A stretch of 64,000 bases of DNA from Eledone cirrhosa (lineage: Eukaryota): positions 21,948,001 through 22,012,000 of the forward strand of contig OZ024762.1 of the NCBI GenBank assembly GCA_964016885.1. The letters run 5' to 3'. A model generated the notes under the pieces. It did no database searches. It saw only the letters and a list, made by a program, of their open reading frames with translations, and had not been told where the DNA came from. Shown in pieces: positions 13,254-32,189 of the stretch (within the stretch, counting starts at the first letter, position 1; each line of letters opens with the position of its first letter). The position numbers and the translations under genes are program-made.

Positions 13254-14066
13254 AAGGGATGGCTTTCTATCCTGTTATACGGAAGGCAGCATGTCCTAAC
13301 GGTTAAGAAGTTCCCTTCGCAGTCTGTTGACACTAGGTTTGACCCCAATATCTGACATTTTAATGTATATGTCGTTTACTATAACCTCGAATCAACACAA
13401 ACCTTTTCAGTGAAATTTCTTTCACGGAAACTATTTGGGTGTCTGTTGGAGGAATTGTACCTGTAATTTCAACGGCCTTGTTTTTGTACCACAATGTGCC
13501 ACGCTGAATCTCCATGGGGGTTAGGTTAAGGATACACGTGTCTGTTGATTGATGCTCAGTCATTTATATTTTAATACAAGATAATATCCAGACAACACCA
13601 AATTAACAGACTGTCCCCGAATCGAATCGGTCCACTATTTTTTTTTTTTTGTGTTCAACGCAATCCTGTTACATAATTCTGCAAATAACACCTGATGAAA
13701 TCGCCTTGTCTTGCATCATAATCGGATGATATAGCTGGGCCATAGAAATATGTATAGTGCTATGCTAAAGTAAATTTTCCAGTCGGGGCTTCTGCTTATA
13801 TATTTATATATATGTATATATATATATATATTGTTATACTTTGGGAGGGTCATGTTGCCCATAAAAACACACGCACCTGTTAGTTTTCAGTTCAATTTAT
13901 TATAAATTTCCGGTTGGCTGGCTGGTTGGTTGGCTGGTCCGATAACCAGATGGTTGTTTATATATTGTCAAAGTGTTTTCGTTACACATTCGTTGACCTC
14001 CTCAGTGACTAGGTTTTTATTTTGTGTCTCTCCTTTGTTCTGTCCTACACCATCTTGTTTTTGTAT

Positions 14067-14121
<55 letters not shown>

Positions 14122-14906
14122 ATAAGGATAAATGCGAAGGTTCGATGTATTGCTTTATTCGTAAATCTGTGATAAATATTTCAATGGCGATCATGGCTAT
14201 ATAATGCTTCAATCACACAATTAGTTTCACGACATCATCAGACAGAATCTTATTCAATGGGGTTATGTTTCCAATGCAATACAAACTATGTATATGCATA
14301 CACATTTGCCCAATATGTCAGACAATGGGCTCGAACCGTTGACCTAACGGTGGCGACGCGAACTTCTAAACCCGTCAGCCACGCTGTCTCCACGACATAT
14401 AGAATCTAAAACATTCGCTTCCTACTCAAAATACATACATAATAATGAAAAAAAATCCAGAAATTTTGAATTAAAATTTCAGCTATTTCAATTCATTAAT
14501 ATATTCTTACAACCAGTTTACTACAACTATTGTTTTATATTCGTGAATATCTCACGAAAAAAATGAACTTCTCAATGGCTCTCACCTTGTCTTTACCAAT
14601 TAGTACAATACCTCATATAATATTACTTCTCTTTCTCTGTCTGCTTTTTCTCATTTCAACATAACCCGGGCAATATATTTAGAAATTCTATTTCCCTCCT
14701 ACGCTTTTACAAATTACGCCTGTTTCAGTTTCCCTCGCCAAACATTAGTGCAAAGTTATCAATGGCAAATATAACTTTGATGTTATTAAGAAACGGTTTC
14801 AAGCTTACTATTAATTTGTTTGTTTGTTTCTTGTTGTCTGTTGTGTTTTAATTTTAAGTATTAAACAAAAAGAGTAAAAAAAATGAAATTAAGGGGAGAA
14901 AGGATT

Positions 14907-14948
<42 letters not shown>

Positions 14949-14951
<3 letters not shown>

Positions 14952-15152
14952 AAAAAGTATGACCACGACGGCAGAGCTCAAGCCGTTTAGACGGCTATTT
15001 CTGGACTGATATAGTCCAGAAATAGCCGTCGAAACGGCTTGAGATCTGCCGTCGGGGTTATACTTGTTCCTATTTCCCACTCTACTACCCTAAGTATTGA
15101 GTACTTTGGTGCGTTATGGTCCATCTGGTTCCTTACCACAATTCATTTGTTA
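14949..15152 (+). mobile_element. Fold-back element family D (palindrome about 14949-15072 plus right tail)
   Basis: Arms meet at ggact-gatat-agtcc. The right arm has GAAA-cggc-ttgagatct-gccg-TC, i.e. hammerhead stem III and the cleavage triplet. Flanked by (TA)n on both sides. Relatives at 1524, 30938, 32078 and 55735. Confidence 0.75.
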
Positions 15153-15167
15153 TATATATATATATAT

Positions 15168-15359
15168 GGGTAAGTTATTCCGGGTTGAATCGGAGGTAAC
15201 CACAGTAAGTAAGGTACTCAATACATAGCAGAGTATAAAAGTTTTAATATAGATGAGATTCTACAGGACTAGAACTGTTTCATTCTTGAGAAATCATCAG
15301 GAATCTTGATGATTTCTCAAGAATGAAACAGTTCTAGTCCTGTAGAATCTCATCTATAT
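15168..15359 (-). mobile_element. Hammerhead fold-back element, family A (copy 2): near-perfect palindrome 15247-15359 plus left tail
   Basis: Minus-strand 15256-15306 reads agattc-CTGATGA-tttctcaagaat-GAAA-cag-ttctagtc-ctg-TA-gaatct. Confidence 0.85.
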
Positions 15360-15771
15360 ATATATATATATATATACTTAGGGTAAATATTGATGCAATT
15401 CAATTCAAGCACTCAACGTACTTTTTCCACATAGGAGTGACGGAGTAAATATCGAATAAGGCCTGAATGGGTCATTGTTTGGCTGAGAGGGGGACCTGAC
15501 TAAGCGAATTTCGTTGACATCTGCTGTAGCTAATGGTCAACTTCCTCCGGACCTGCGCCTGCGCAGATCGGTGGGGGTGATTTGGTACTCACAGGGGAAC
15601 GGATAAGAACCCTAAAGCACACATTTCTTCCGTTCCCATATCGATTCAATTTGGATTGCTTCGGAAACATAACCTTATTATGTAACAAGCTGTCTGACGA
15701 TGTCGCGACACTGGCACACAGAACAGTGTGGCCAGTGTCGTCATTGAAATATATATCACAGCATTATTATT

Positions 15772-15960
15772 GTGGATTGGTAGTATCGGTAAAGGGTCGG
15801 ACGCCATGCTTTCCAGCATAGTTACGTCCCTTTACGATCTGAGTTCAAGTCCCGCCGAGGTTGACTTTGCCTTTCATCCTTACGGAGTCGATAAAATAAA
15901 GTACCAGTAATGCACTGGGTAATTGCTGGCCTTGTGCCTAAAGTAGAAACAATTATTATT
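15772..15960 (+). mobile_element. SINE S2 full copy
   Basis: Near-identical to 6886-7075 and flanked by (ATT)n on both sides. Confidence 0.9.
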
Positions 15961-16174
15961 AAAAGACTTGAACATCTGAAACTACTTCGCTTTACCTTAT
16001 TCGATTCTCTCTCTCTATATATATATATAATATTTCCGTCGGAAGGGTAAAGGAAAAGAGAGTGATCTATGTAAGCTACAGAGCTATTTAGTTATGTAAT
16101 AAACAACAAAAAACAATTCTGTGTCGAGCTCGTCTCTCTTCGTGAAACCTTTGGTAAATGTAATAAGTATTACA

Positions 16175-16257
<83 letters not shown>

Positions 16258-16290
16258 AAGATCAAAAGATGGTTAAAAGAGTTCCAAGTA

Positions 16291-16357
16291 TTTTATTATG
16301 CGCATTTCAAAAACAAATATCATCATGGGATGATGTTTGCGTTCTCATCAGATAAAA
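16291..16357 (-). ncRNA. Type I hammerhead ribozyme motif with palindromic stem III
   Basis: ttttat-CTGATGA-gaacgcaaacatcat(ccc)atgatgatatttgttttt-GAAA-tgcgca-TA-ataaaa. The core is complete, stem I has 6 bp, and ATGCGCAT is self-complementary. Confidence 0.75.
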
Positions 16358-16404
16358 TAGGGAGACATGATATGAAGCTTAAAAAACACTTGCGAGCAGT
16401 GAAG

Positions 16405-16484
16405 TGTTAAGATCACTGATGAAGGACTAAATTTATTCATATGTAACACATTTGCAACCACGCAGCATGCCATGTTTTCATATT

Positions 16485-16490
<6 letters not shown>
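16405..16490 (+). mobile_element. Family B element fragment
   Basis: aagatcactgatgaaggactaaatttattcatatgtaacacatttgcaaccacgcagca matches 56480-56625 and 20145-20200. It ends in (TA)n. Confidence 0.7.
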
Positions 16491-16550
<60 letters not shown>

Positions 16551-16558
16551 ACACACAC

Positions 16559-16679
16559 AGTACGAGACTAGGTTCACACAATAAAATTCCCCTTTTGTTT
16601 TATACATAAACATCTCCGCCTTTCTCATATGTATATATATCTATATATATATATATACATCACACACACACAAATATAT

Positions 16680-16751
<72 letters not shown>

Positions 16752-16860
16752 TTGTGTGTGTGTGATGTATATATATATATATATATACATATGAGAAAGG
16801 CGGAGATGTTTATGTATAAAACAAAATAGGAATTTTATAGTGTGAATCTAGTCTCGTACT
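16559..16860. repeat. Inverted repeat with a (TA)n centre
   Basis: About 70 bp unique arms (agtacgagactagg...ctccgcctttctcatatg and its reverse complement) plus mirrored CA/TG microsatellite interruptions. Confidence 0.9.
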
Positions 16861-16934
16861 TTTTCCATCTAAAATTGAGTTATATTTTATTATTAGTTTA
16901 GGTTGTATGTGTATATATGTATATATGTATATAT

Positions 16935-17348
16935 ATAGGTATTTATATATATATATAGGTATATATATATATAGGTATATATATATATATATAGGTATAT
17001 ATATATATATATAGGTATATATATATATATAGGTATATATATATATATATAGGTATATATATATATATATATATATAGGTATATATATATATAGGTATAT
17101 ATATATATAGGTATATATATATATATAGGTATATATATATATATATAGGTATATATATATATAGGAATATAAGTATATAGGTTTATATATATATATAGGA
17201 ATATATATATATAGGAATATATATATATAGGAATATATATATATAGGTATATATATATAGGTATATATTATATATATAGGTATATAAATTTAGGTATTTA
17301 TATATATATAGGTATATATATATATATAGGTATATATATTTAGGTATT

Positions 17349-17384
<36 letters not shown>

Positions 17385-17915
17385 GGTATATTTATATATA
17401 GGTATATATATATAGGTATATTTATATATAGGTATATATATAGGTATATATATATAGGTATATATATATAGGTATATATATATAGGTATATATATATATA
17501 GGTATATATATATAGTTATATATATATATATATATAGGTATATATATATATATAGGTATATATATATATATATAGGTATATATATATATATATATATAGG
17601 TATATATATATATATATATATAGGTATATATATATATATAGGTATATATATATATATAGGTATATATATATATATAGGTATATATATGTATATATATAGG
17701 TATATATATATATATATATATATATAGGTATATATATATATATATATATATACCTATATATATATATAGGTATATGTACATAGGTATATATATATATATA
17801 TATATAGGTATATATATATATATATATATATAGGTGTATATATATATATAGGTATATATATATAGGTATATATATATAGGTATATATATATATATATATA
17901 TAGGTATATATATAT

Positions 17916-17958
<43 letters not shown>

Positions 17959-18040
17959 TATATATATATATATATATATAGGTATATATATATATATAAA
18001 TAGGTATATATATATATAAATAGGTATATATATATATATA
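16935..18040. repeat. [(TA)nGG]n satellite
   Basis: Units tatatatatagg of variable length. It resumes at 19243-19320 after the LINE. Confidence 0.95.
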
Positions 18041-19243
18041 ACATTCTACTGAGAAAGCTGTCCAATATTGGTGTCACTGGAAAGCTGCTGCAGTGGATCA
18101 AGAGCTTCCTGTCAAACAGAACCCAACATGTTGTAGTTGAGGGAGTCAAATCAAGCCCAGCCAAAGTCAGTAGTGGAGTCCCGCAAGGCACTGTGTTGGG
18201 CCCACTTCTCTTCATCATCTATATTAATGACATCACTGACATCATCAAACACAGCAACATTAAAATTTTCGCTGATGATTCCAAGCTCCAAAAGGTCATC
18301 AATGGCGTGGATGACCGGATAAGCCTTCAGTCAGACCTACTGTCTGTTACCCAATAGGTAGAAAAGAACAACATGTTACTGAACGAAGACAAATTCGAAC
18401 TGATCCACTTTGGAAAAGAGGATGCTCTGAAACTCCCGTACTCCCTTCCCTCCGGGGAAACTCTCGTGGCATCTAACAACATCAGAGACTTGGGAGTAAC
18501 CGTGGACAGCAACATAACCTGGACCACGCATATAAGCAGCAAAGTTGACATGGCCCGCAGAATGTGTTCCTGGATCCTCAGAACCTTCCAGTCGAGAGAT
18601 TCCCGCACCATTATCCTTCTCTTCTCTACTTTCGCCCGACCACACCTTGAATACTGTTGTCCACTGTGGTCTCCCCACACGAAACAAAGTATCATGAAAC
18701 TTGAAGCTCCTCAAAGGGCAATCACGAAAAAGATAGATGGCATGTCAGACCTTGACTACTGGGGTCGATTAGAAAACCTGAAACTTTACTCACTCCAACG
18801 TCGCCGTGAGCGTTATATTATCTGCATGATGTGGAAAATGTTCCATCATCACTGCTCAAATGATGTTGGCATCGCCTTCAAGATACACCCAAGGCTTGGG
18901 CCCCGTGCTATCCGTCCCATTCAAAAATCTAAATCGCAACTCATAACAACAATACGGCACAATTATTTCACCTCAATCGGCCCTGCTCTCTTCAACATCA
19001 CACCAGGACACGTCAAAACAGAAACTGACCACACAAAATTCAAGAAGTCTTTGGACAAATTCCTCCAAGTAATCCCGGACAAACCACCCACACCCGGATA
19101 TGTCTCCGCAAACAGTAATTCTCTTCTCGAATGGGCCATGGTGCCCAAATCCTGAATTGAAAGACTTCGCCAGGTGGTGCTATTAAGTTAGACATGGCCT
19201 GGGCCAATACTGGCCAAAACATTTCAAAGTTATTCAAAGTTAT
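18040..19243 (+). mobile_element. 5'-truncated CR1/L2-group LINE (RT C-terminal half plus 3' UTR), young pseudogene
   Basis: The frame from 18040 reads [64 protein letters not shown]...IFADDSKL. One premature TAG at 18355-18357, then open to TGA at 19155 (RPHLEYCCPLWSP, LYSLQRRRER). The 3' end is a tandem ttcaaagtta x2. Confidence 0.92.
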
Positions 19244-19319
19244 AGGTATATATATATATATATATAGATATAGGTATATATATAGGTATATATATATATA
19301 TATAGATATATATATAGGT

Positions 19320-19395
19320 ATATATATATATATATATATATATACCCATATATATAGATATATCTATATACATGAATATATATATACATATATAT

Positions 19396-19447
<52 letters not shown>

Positions 19448-19448
19448 G

Positions 19449-19498
<50 letters not shown>

Positions 19499-19512
19499 CA
19501 TATATATATATG

Positions 19513-19560
<48 letters not shown>

Positions 19561-19587
19561 CATATATATATATATATATGTATATAC

Positions 19588-19651
<64 letters not shown>

Positions 19652-19656
19652 GTATA

Positions 19657-19749
<93 letters not shown>

Positions 19750-19841
19750 GTATATATATACATATATATATGTATATATATATACATATATATATATGTA
19801 TATATATATATACATATATATATATGTATATATATATATAC

Positions 19842-19892
<51 letters not shown>

Positions 19893-20132
19893 CATATATA
19901 TATATGTATATATATATATACATATATATATACATATGTATATATATATATACATATATATACATGTATATATGTATATATATATATACATATATATACA
20001 TGTATATATGTATATATATATATACATATATATATGTATATATATATATACATATATATGTATATATATATATATATATATACATATATATGTATATATA
20101 TATATATACATATATATATACATATATATATA
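19320..20132. repeat. (TA)n satellite with CA/TG interruptions
   Basis: Low-complexity TA-derived array. Confidence 0.97.
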
Positions 20133-20275
20133 TGATAATAATGATGGCTGCGCGTTGCAAATGGTGGTGCATATGAAAAAGTAAGTCCTTCATCAGTGAC
20201 CCTCCAACCGTCCCAGGCATTTCATCGCTTTAAGGGCCATATGCCTCAGGTTGGTGCGAACAACGGCTAAAAAAA
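20133..20275 (-). mobile_element. Family B element with a degenerate hammerhead
   Basis: Minus strand: ccaac-CTGAGGC-...gcgat-GAAA-tgcctgggacg-gttgg (stem I ccaac/gttgg), then the family B tail running into (TA)n. Confidence 0.6.
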
Positions 20276-20699
20276 GTCATTGGGACACGTAAATAAAGGG
20301 GACGTTAGGGTAACAAATAAAATGGTTTAAGCAACGGAAAGTGAGAAGAAATAGACAAGTCCCAGATCTCTATGAATATAAACTCGGTGAAATCGTGAAC
20401 AAGAGACCAAAGACCATCAAACCTGGTTGAAATGTGAGCAAGGAAGGAATTTCGCACAGGTCTAACGGGGGGGGGGGGAGAAAAAGAAGAAGAAGAAGAA
20501 GAAGAAGAAGGGGTCTGGTCTGCGAATTCGGTAAACATAAGTTTTGTGAAGTCGCAGACGAAAGAGAGAGAGAGAAAAAAATTCCGTACCAGCTTGACCA
20601 AGACCGCGCGAGAAAAGAATTACACACAGGTCAAACTTGAAGGAGGAGGAGGAAAGAGGAGGAGGAGAGGTAGTGACAGAGAATGAGTGAGTGAAAGTT

Positions 20700-20722
20700 G
20701 ATATATGTATATATATATATAC

Positions 20723-20785
<63 letters not shown>

Positions 20786-20819
20786 CATATATATGTATAT
20801 ATATATATACATATATATG

Positions 20820-20853
<34 letters not shown>

Positions 20854-20911
20854 CATATATATGTATATATATATATACATATATATGTATATATATATAT
20901 ACATATATATG

Positions 20912-20943
<32 letters not shown>

Positions 20944-20978
20944 CATATATATGTATATATATATATATACATATATAC

Positions 20979-21010
<32 letters not shown>

Positions 21011-21024
21011 GTGTATATATACAT

Positions 21025-21068
<44 letters not shown>

Positions 21069-21261
21069 GTGTATATATACATATATATGTGTATATATAT
21101 ACATATATTTATATATATATGTGTATATATATACATATATATATATATATGTGTGTATATATATATATACATATATTTATATATATATGTGTATATATAT
21201 ATATACATATATATGTATATATATATGTATATATATATATATGTATATATATATATGGATA

Positions 21262-21316
<55 letters not shown>

Positions 21317-21326
21317 GTATGGTATG

Positions 21327-21372
<46 letters not shown>

Positions 21373-21429
21373 CATGTATATATATATATATACATATATA
21401 CATATATATACATGTATATATATATATAT

Positions 21430-21476
<47 letters not shown>

Positions 21477-21489
21477 CATATATATATAT

Positions 21490-21561
<72 letters not shown>

Positions 21562-21585
21562 ATATAAACATGTGTATATATATAT
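20700..21585. repeat. (TA)n-derived satellite
   Basis: Low-complexity TA/CA/TG array. Confidence 0.97.
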
Positions 21586-21799
21586 ATTTAATTACAATTT
21601 TTGTTTTTTCGATGGGGCGGGAGAGCGAAATCATGGCCGGCATAAATGTCACTAGATTTCTGGTTGACTCAATGAATCTAGAGAAATAAACATTCATAGA
21701 CACACACATATATATATGTGCGTATGTATGAGTGTGTGTGTAGGGAGGGGGTTTACCTGTTCCAGCCCGTAGGCTGTGACTGTACTGCGGCTTCACCTT

Positions 21800-25500
<3,701 letters not shown>

Positions 25501-25577
25501 ATACAGAGAGATATCCGATAAGTAGATAGATGTTTATATATACACAGCATATATATATAGATGTTTATATATACACA

Positions 25578-25615
<38 letters not shown>

Positions 25616-25925
25616 AAGAGGGATGGAAATTGCGTGATAAAACACGTCAGCGCATTTAAAGCAAGCGAAGACATTTTAATTGGGAAGGGTTGTGAGTTGT
25701 ATATTATCTTTAACACACCCCACACGCATATATATGTATAATATATAGCATATATATGTTTATATATAATATATTTATATATATATATATATATACATAT
25801 TATGTATAATATATATATATTATGCATATATATATATATAGATATATATATATATAATTATGCGTATGTATATGTATATATATATATATAATTATGCGTA
25901 TGTATACATATATATATAATTATGC

Positions 25926-25974
<49 letters not shown>

Positions 25975-26450
25975 CTTCATACAAACACAACACACACAAA
26001 AACATACATACATAAATGTACACATTATCGTCTTTCTTTGAATGCGATAGTAAAATTCAAAGAAATTTTGTTCAAATGTCAGTCTGCAGTGATTTATACA
26101 ACTTTGATGTAACAAAAATGGCGCTGAGAATAGTTGAAAAGATCGAACATTTCTGAAAGAAGAATATCTATCTTTTGCTCTTTTGTGTCTTTTTTTTTTG
26201 TTGTTGTTGTTGTTGTTGTTGTTGTAGTTGTTTTTTTTCTCCCTTTATTTGCCATAAGGAAGTTTTTAAATACATCAGTGACTGATTCGAAGAGTGATTT
26301 TTGTGATCGCAATGGCATCGATGTATTTGTGTCTTTTGTATGCCGACAAATAGCTGCGTGCGTGTGCGTGTGTGTGTGTGTGCGCGCGTGACTGTGTGCA
26401 TTTATAAGTCTATATAAGTGCATATATGTGTGTGTGAATAGGTATGTATG

Positions 26451-26481
<31 letters not shown>

Positions 26482-26562
26482 GTGTGTGTCTGTGTGTATG
26501 TATATATTGTATATGTGTATTTATATATATAGAGATGAATATACAAAAATACATATATGTAG

Positions 26563-26622
<60 letters not shown>

Positions 26623-26997
26623 AACACACAGATATATATATATATGTATATGCATACATATACACGTGTGTGTGTGTGTGTTTTTGGTGATATACATTAT
26701 ATATATATACAGAGCTATACCTAGATTTATAATGCAACAATTTGATATTCATAAAACTGATGCATACAGTGTTTGTTGTATAGTTTTTTTGGTTGTATAG
26801 ATAAATATATAGAAACGCACACATACCCACACACGCTCACACACACACATATCTATCAATCTATATATATATATATATACATATTTATCTATCTATTTAT
26901 CTCTCTCTCTATATATATATATAAACACATATATATATACACACATCTATATATATACATAAATTTATCTATACATATTTATCCGTACATATCTATT

Positions 26998-28935
<1,938 letters not shown>

Positions 28936-29451
28936 ATATCTATTTATCTATCTATATATATTACATATCTATCTATCTCTGTATATATTTATCGATACAT
29001 ATCTATATATATATATATATGTGTACATACATACGTGTGTGTGTGTGTGTAAGTAGTGACGAAATAACGAGAGAGAGAGAGAGAGAGAGATTAAATGTCA
29101 GAATTCAATGTATAAACTGAGTTCAATAAATCTGAGTAGGACAAGATATAGGTATTTTAGTAGTTTCTGTTGTTACACAGCTTAAACTTGTGAACGGTAG
29201 ATCAGCTCCACAAATATCATTTCTCAATCATGTCGTATTATTTCGAAATTAAGTATCATCCAGAATTATTATGAATTAGACATTAGGATATCTGGTAATA
29301 TCTTGAACGTTATCTCAAACCTATTGGGATTATCGTGACTTTACTTTTGAATTAGATCACGTGACATTTTGCCGGGAATTACTTCCGAGGTTAATCGATA
29401 ATTAAGATATCATAGATCTTGGATATTATTAAGCCGGGAATAATTATCTAG

Positions 29452-29640
29452 CTAGGTGTTTGCTGAATTGTTAAGATGGTCGAGTCGATTCGCAAATCAT
29501 GTGATTCTGGGTTCAATGCGGCTGCGCGTCCCCTTGTGCAAGTGTCTTTTCCTATAGCTTCCGGTTGATCAATGATTAGTGAAAGATACTCTTGTAGACG
29601 GAAACTGCGTTGGAACAGGTAAAAGCGTAAAATAAAGAAT
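29452..29640 (+). mobile_element. Degenerate tRNA-derived SINE, family S3 (5' part joined to 3' end)
   Basis: gggttcaatgc B-box remnant, ccttgtgcaagtgtcttttcctatagc core, gtagacggaaactg, then the 3' end ggaacaggtaaaag also seen at 29870-29935 (-) and 37168-37206 (+). Confidence 0.6.
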
Positions 29641-29686
29641 ATATATATATCTATCTCACCTTGTTACTGTTCCTATATACATATAT

Positions 29687-29749
<63 letters not shown>

Positions 29750-29759
29750 CACATATATA

Positions 29760-29826
<67 letters not shown>

Positions 29827-29900
29827 ATATGTATATAGGAACAGTAACAAGGTGAGATATATATATATATTCTTTATTTTACTCTTTTACCTGTTCCAAC
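29609..29900. repeat. Inverted repeat with a microsatellite centre
   Basis: gttggaacaggtaaaagcgtaaaataaagaat...ctcaccttgttactgttcctatatac mirrored as gtatataggaacagtaacaaggtgag...attctttattttactcttttacctgttccaac. Confidence 0.9.
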
Positions 29901-29930
29901 CATCCGGCTGAGGCCATGCTGGGGCACCGC

Positions 29931-29967
<37 letters not shown>

Positions 29968-29970
<3 letters not shown>

Positions 29971-30371
29971 AATGAGTTATTTGGTTTGTTGATTATTCAA
30001 CAAAGTTAATTTTACAACATATTAGAAGCACTCAACAGTATTTTATCTGGAGTATCAGTAATATCAATAATATTAATAAATGGAAAATATCTTTATAAAA
30101 CCATATTTATTTATTATACGTATTTCAAGGGTACTAATATTTAAGTACGCTTTCGTCAAATAAAATATAATAATTGGTGTTAAGATAGTGACATATCTTC
30201 ATGTGAACTTTGTTATAAGTTCAGTGAGGATAGTGAACTTATCCTCACTGGACTTATTAACACGAATTATTATATTTTATCTGACGAAAGCGTACTTAAC
30301 TGACGAAATATTAGTACCCTTAAAATACATATAATAAAATAAATATAGTTTTATAAATATATTTTCCATTT

Positions 30372-30378
<7 letters not shown>
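29968..30378. mobile_element. Hammerhead fold-back element, family C (diverged palindrome 30076-30373 plus left tail)
   Basis: Right arm ttttat-CTGACGA-aagcgtact...agtaccctt-aAAA-tacata-TA-ataaaa. Left arm (-) ttttat-tTGACGA-...-GAAA-tacgta-TA-ataa. Each arm has a different core mutation. Confidence 0.75.
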
Positions 30379-30423
<45 letters not shown>

Positions 30424-30880
30424 TTATTTAGGTTTGTAGCTTCACCACTGAATAGAACTGGTCATTCCGTATGGTCAACGTCGATGTAATGTTATGGAGA
30501 GCACTTCACGTAATGCAACTCACCCGTCTTCGTTTGTGTTGTTGGTGGTGCGAGTACGGGGTTAGTTATTATAATATATATAACTAATAAGCTTGAAACT
30601 AGTACAGCGTTCCTTTTTCAGTGTTGAACAAACGAGCAACGATGGTTGCTAGACACTACGGCTTAATACGGGATGTTTATTTACAAACACACCGAGCATT
30701 ATAATAAATGTTCGGTGAATCCATACGTACATATATATATGTGTGCATGTATGTATATGCATGTATGTATATACATGCTACTGTACGTCTGTATACATAT
30801 ATGTATGTACGTGTACATACTTATATTTAAGTAACAGCCGTACTAAGAGTGGGAAATGAAATTTCGTTTCATTTTTTTCC

Positions 30881-30937
<57 letters not shown>

Positions 30938-30942
<5 letters not shown>

Positions 30943-31039
30943 AAGTATGACTCCAACGGCAGAGCTCAAGCCGTTTCAACGGCTATTTTTGGACTAAGGT
31001 GCGTTATGGTCCATCCGGTTCCTTACCACAACTCCTCCG

Positions 31040-31042
<3 letters not shown>
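30938..31042. mobile_element. Internally deleted family D element in (TA)n
   Basis: gaaaaagtatgactccaacggcagagctcaagccgtttc...ggact joined to ggtgcgttatggtccatccggttccttaccaca (compare 14951-15145). Confidence 0.8.
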
Positions 31043-31122
<80 letters not shown>

Positions 31123-31129
31123 TTATATA

Positions 31130-31330
31130 TAATATCTCCACTATCCAGGAAGCTCCAACCGGTAAGGTTGCATTTTTTCAGGGTATGTCAATATTTATTT
31201 ATAAAACTAATCTGTATTATATTTTATCTGATGAAAGCGCACCATAATCTACCTTGGTGGCCCTTGAAATATGTATAATGAAATAAATATGCTTTTATAA
31301 ATATACTTTCCATTTGTTAATATATTGTTA
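31130..31330 (+). mobile_element. Family C element with an intact hammerhead motif (31222-31283)
   Basis: ttttat-CTGATGA-aagcgcacca(taatctacct)tggtggccctt-GAAA-tatgta-TA-atgaaa. A close copy lies in reverse at 38025-38200. Confidence 0.8.
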
Positions 31331-31334
31331 ATAT

Positions 31335-31371
<37 letters not shown>

Positions 31372-31658
31372 GAATTGCAGAAACCCAAGAAGCTAGATTT
31401 AACACCCTTCTAGCGGGTCCGGGTGAGTTTTTTACATTCATTTAATTTATTGATTTATTGATATTTTATTTGAGTGACCCGAATCTTCCTGGTCGTTCTT
31501 TTTCGGCTGTACGGGTGATTTTAGGCATAATCTCTATGTGCTGGTAATTTAACGATGGTTATAGCTCTGATTTATCCAAATTATTGAGCCCTCTGCCACA
31601 CATATCGGATATTGTTTATCGTTAATTCGTGAGCTGTTTTTCCGATTCTCGATTATTC

Positions 31659-31716
<58 letters not shown>

Positions 31717-32077
31717 ATATATGTATATATACCACTATTTTAGAATTACAAATCATTCGGACTAAAGCATGCACTCCGACGTAACTTGTCTCTGAGTATT
31801 TCTCTGAAGAAATAATTATTCCAGTAATGGTAAATTTCGTTTGCTGTTATATAGATTGGACTACCTTCCAACAACATTAAAGGCAATGTTTCTTCTGTGA
31901 AGATTTTAAGAAAATATTCTTTATAACAATATATATGCATATGCACATATATATATAGAACTGTTATATTGCTATTATGCCTTGATTAAACACTCTGTAA
32001 GGAGTAAATTTTGTTTTTGAATATATTGCCTTCTCCTCCATTTATTTTGCTTATATATATATATATATATAAATATA

Positions 32078-32185
32078 TAACGAAGGAAATGTGGTAAGGA
32101 ACCAGATGGACCATAACGCACCAAAGTACTCAATACTTAGGGTAGTAGAGTGGGTAATAGGAACGGGTAGGACCCCGACGGCTAA
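32078..32185 (-). mobile_element. Family D tail fragment
   Basis: Reverse complement of 15049-15152. Confidence 0.8.
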
Positions 32186-32189
32186 AAAG

